Assembly: GCF_018350175.1 (NCBI RefSeq)
Contig: NC_058368.1
Coordinates: 234,982,001 to 235,046,000, forward strand
Direction: 5' to 3'
DNA length: 64,000 nt
Source: Felis catus
Lineage: Eukaryota
Shown here: positions 61,466 through 64,000 of the stretch, piece by piece
Numbering within the stretch: position 1 is the first letter of the stretch
How the letters are laid out: the number at the start of each line of letters is the position of its first letter
Translations under genes and position numbers: made by a program
Notes under the pieces: model-generated
Database searches by the model: none
The model's input: the letters and a program-made list of their open reading frames with translations, nothing else
What the model was told of the DNA's origin: nothing

Positions 61466-61679
61466 GGGGCGCCTGGTTGACTCAGTCGGTGAAGCATCCG
61501 GCTTCGGCTCAGGTCATGATCTCGAGGTCCGTGAGTTCGAGCCCCACGTCGGGCTCGTGCTAACAGCTCAGAGCCTGGAGCCTGCTTCAGATTCTGTGTC
61601 TCCCTCTCTCTGACTCTCCCTCGTTCATGCTCTGTCTTTCTCTGTCTCAAAAATAAACATTAAAAAAAATTAAAAAAAA
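61466..61679 (+). mobile_element. SINEC_Fc
   Basis: TSD TAAATGTATTCGTCG / TAAATGTATTAGTCG (61450-61464, 61680-61694). Confidence 0.96.
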
Positions 61680-62077
61680 TAAATGTATTAGTCGCAAGTA
61701 GCATAAACCAAAACTTACTTCCCTTTATGTTTTTTACACTTATGTCGCACTCTCAAATATGTCTTTTGTTAGCTTCTGTCCCATCCTGGCACAAGACATA
61801 TTTTAAGACAGATTTCGATGGATTTCACCTTGATAAACAGACATAAACGTGCCCAATGTCTTCTGTAAATATCCCCCTGAGTCACTGTCTTCTTACCCAT
61901 GACATTCTATATAGCTCACAGGAACAAATTTTCTTTAAACAGTATCTGTTAATACAATTCAATGTATTTTAATGTATGATTTTCACATATAATTGAAATA
62001 TTTCATGGACAGAAAGATATGATCAATATTTAAAAAAACAAGCTAAGTATTCAGATGCACAAATTAATTGGGATTTT

Positions 62078-62298
62078 TTTTTAATTTTTTTTTTTACTAT
62101 TTATTTTTGAGAGAGAGAGAGACAGAGTGCCAACCAGGGAGGGGCAGAGAGAGAGAGAGGGAGACACAGAATCCGAAGCAGGCTCCAGGCTCTGAGCTGT
62201 CAGCACAGAGCCCGACACGGGGCTCAAACTCACAGACCGCAAGATCATGACCTGAGTTGAAGTCAGACGCTCAACCTACTGAGCCACCCAGGTGCCCC
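62078..62298 (-). mobile_element. SINEC_Fc
   Basis: TSD TAATTGGGATTTT (62065-62077, 62301-62313). Confidence 0.96.
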
Positions 62299-63397
62299 AA
62301 TAATTGGGATTTTAATGAGAAATCGTTATCTCGCATCAGCTACAATATTTTGGTAACATTATATTTTATGCTATGATAAAACAGATGGGAGAGATATAAA
62401 ACAATATTAAAGCTGAAATTATCAAAGTAGTCCAATTTGCCTGTGGATTCACCTTGATTGAAAATATTACCTGACCTTTCCCACTTTTATGCACCAAATA
62501 TTCAAAATGCTTCAAATTTTGCTTAAACTGATACTGAGGTTCTCCCAACTATTTTTTTTCCATGTCATCAATTTTTTTTTTCTTTTTACCTTATCATTTG
62601 GCATTTAATCATCAAGACCACTAGCCTATCTCATGGCTAAACATTGTTTCCTTCTGATTTAAGTAAATATCTAAAATGTCAAAAGTCGACAGCTTGAGGC
62701 GTTTGAGGTCCAACTCTTTTGTTAATGTTTGGAAATTCTTGAGGTCACTTAAATTTCTATAAAGGCTTAAAAGTATATCTAAAACAAATCAGAAGAGCTC
62801 TGTTGAATTTATGAAAACGTATCGTCTTTTTTTCCCCCTGAAGTTAGAAGACGTCAATGTATTTGCTCAGAAATACAAACACATCTCATACAAATACAGT
62901 CGAAGAATGCGGTCCCAACCTGGGCAGGCGAGGGAACAGAAAGAGGTATTCATAGGTCAATGTGTCACACTGAGCTACGTTTTGCCAGGGGTCCAGCTAG
63001 GCTGTGGTTTAAGTTAGCGGTGCCGATTTCAAGTCTGTCTGCACCTCGTGGTCAGTCCTTGCGCCTCCCCTCCACAGGCTGCCGTGCTCATCTGAGTGTT
63101 GATTTGGGGCTTCCGTGTGCTCCGTCACAGGAGAGAGGGGGTCACTCCTCACTCGGCACGCTGTGAGGTTCTCGGGAAGCCAGGAGGTCCTGGACGCACC
63201 TGCACTGTCTTCTGCTGCCCCCACGTTCACAGTCAGCCCTGTGGTTGCAAACACACTGAGGAAAACACTCTCCTGTTTCCCCTTGTACTGCAAGCCACTT
63301 AAGCACCCTTTCCCTTTATTAGTAAATATGGCTTTGTGAGGTGTGTGTCACACACAGAATGACACATGCCTGTGACCAGTCCCCCTGCAATGTTGCT

Positions 63398-63400
<3 letters not shown>

Positions 63401-63432
<32 letters not shown>
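63401..63432. repeat. (GT)n microsatellite
   Basis: 16 GT units. Confidence 0.97.
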
Positions 63433-63434
<2 letters not shown>

Positions 63435-64000
63435 TGGAAGAGAGGGGAGACATATGCTTGCTGGCCAAGCATATGTGCATATGCTTGCTGGCCAAAGGAG
63501 CAAAGGGGTTATGGGTATAAACACATCATTTTAATAAAGGAGACGAGGGACTGTTTTAATTCTCTTTACTTCCCACTTAGATCATCAAAAAGACAAGAAG
63601 CTTCCGCATAGCTCTGGTCACGGGTCAAGAGAAACGCAGACCCACAGAGTCATTATGTTCTTTACCCCCACAGATCTTCCGGCGCTGTGCCCCCTTCCAG
63701 ATGGAATAGAAGTTTTTTCTTTTTGGGTGACTTCGGATCATGGTGGCGTGCTAAAGAGACAGATAGGAACGATTCTATCAGTGGTCAGAGGACAAGGTAC
63801 ATCGGCCAGGTCGGGGGAGACAGAGACCACAAGGTATGATTTGCATCATCCTTATGGAAGCAATACCTGTGACCCAGAGGCAAGCAAATGCTTGTCCCAA
63901 TGACAAGATACCAGAGTCCCCAAGGCCTATGAACCCAAAAGCCAAATTCACACACACATGCACCCACCCGCATACGTACACATGAACGCCTCACGCCTTA

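Overview
This is mammalian non-coding DNA, almost certainly from a felid, because it carries about 29 tRNA-derived Can-SINE (SINEC_Fc-type) copies and carnivore L1 3' ends. I found no protein-coding exon, intact RNA gene, CRISPR array or prokaryote-like system that I can support. The long ORFs in the track are by-products of SINEs, L1, L2, LTRs or a C-rich minisatellite. The window looks like an intergenic or deep-intronic stretch made of SINEs (many with clear target-site duplications, TSDs), L1/L2/MIR relics, ERVL/MaLR/ERV1 solo LTRs, a Tigger1-derived element, a 50-bp minisatellite and microsatellites. Several repeat-free, motif-rich blocks could be enhancers. The most interesting structures are a 5' U6 snRNA fragment that stops exactly before the ACAGAGA box and may be fused to a 3'-splice-site-like tract and an L1 tail, a twin-primed (5'-inverted) ancient L1, two SINEs at one target with a triplicated TSD, a SINE nested inverted inside another SINE, and several small duplication/inversion scars. 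Repeat family names come from my recall of consensus sequences and need Dfam/RepeatMasker confirmation. Boundaries of old repeats are approximate.
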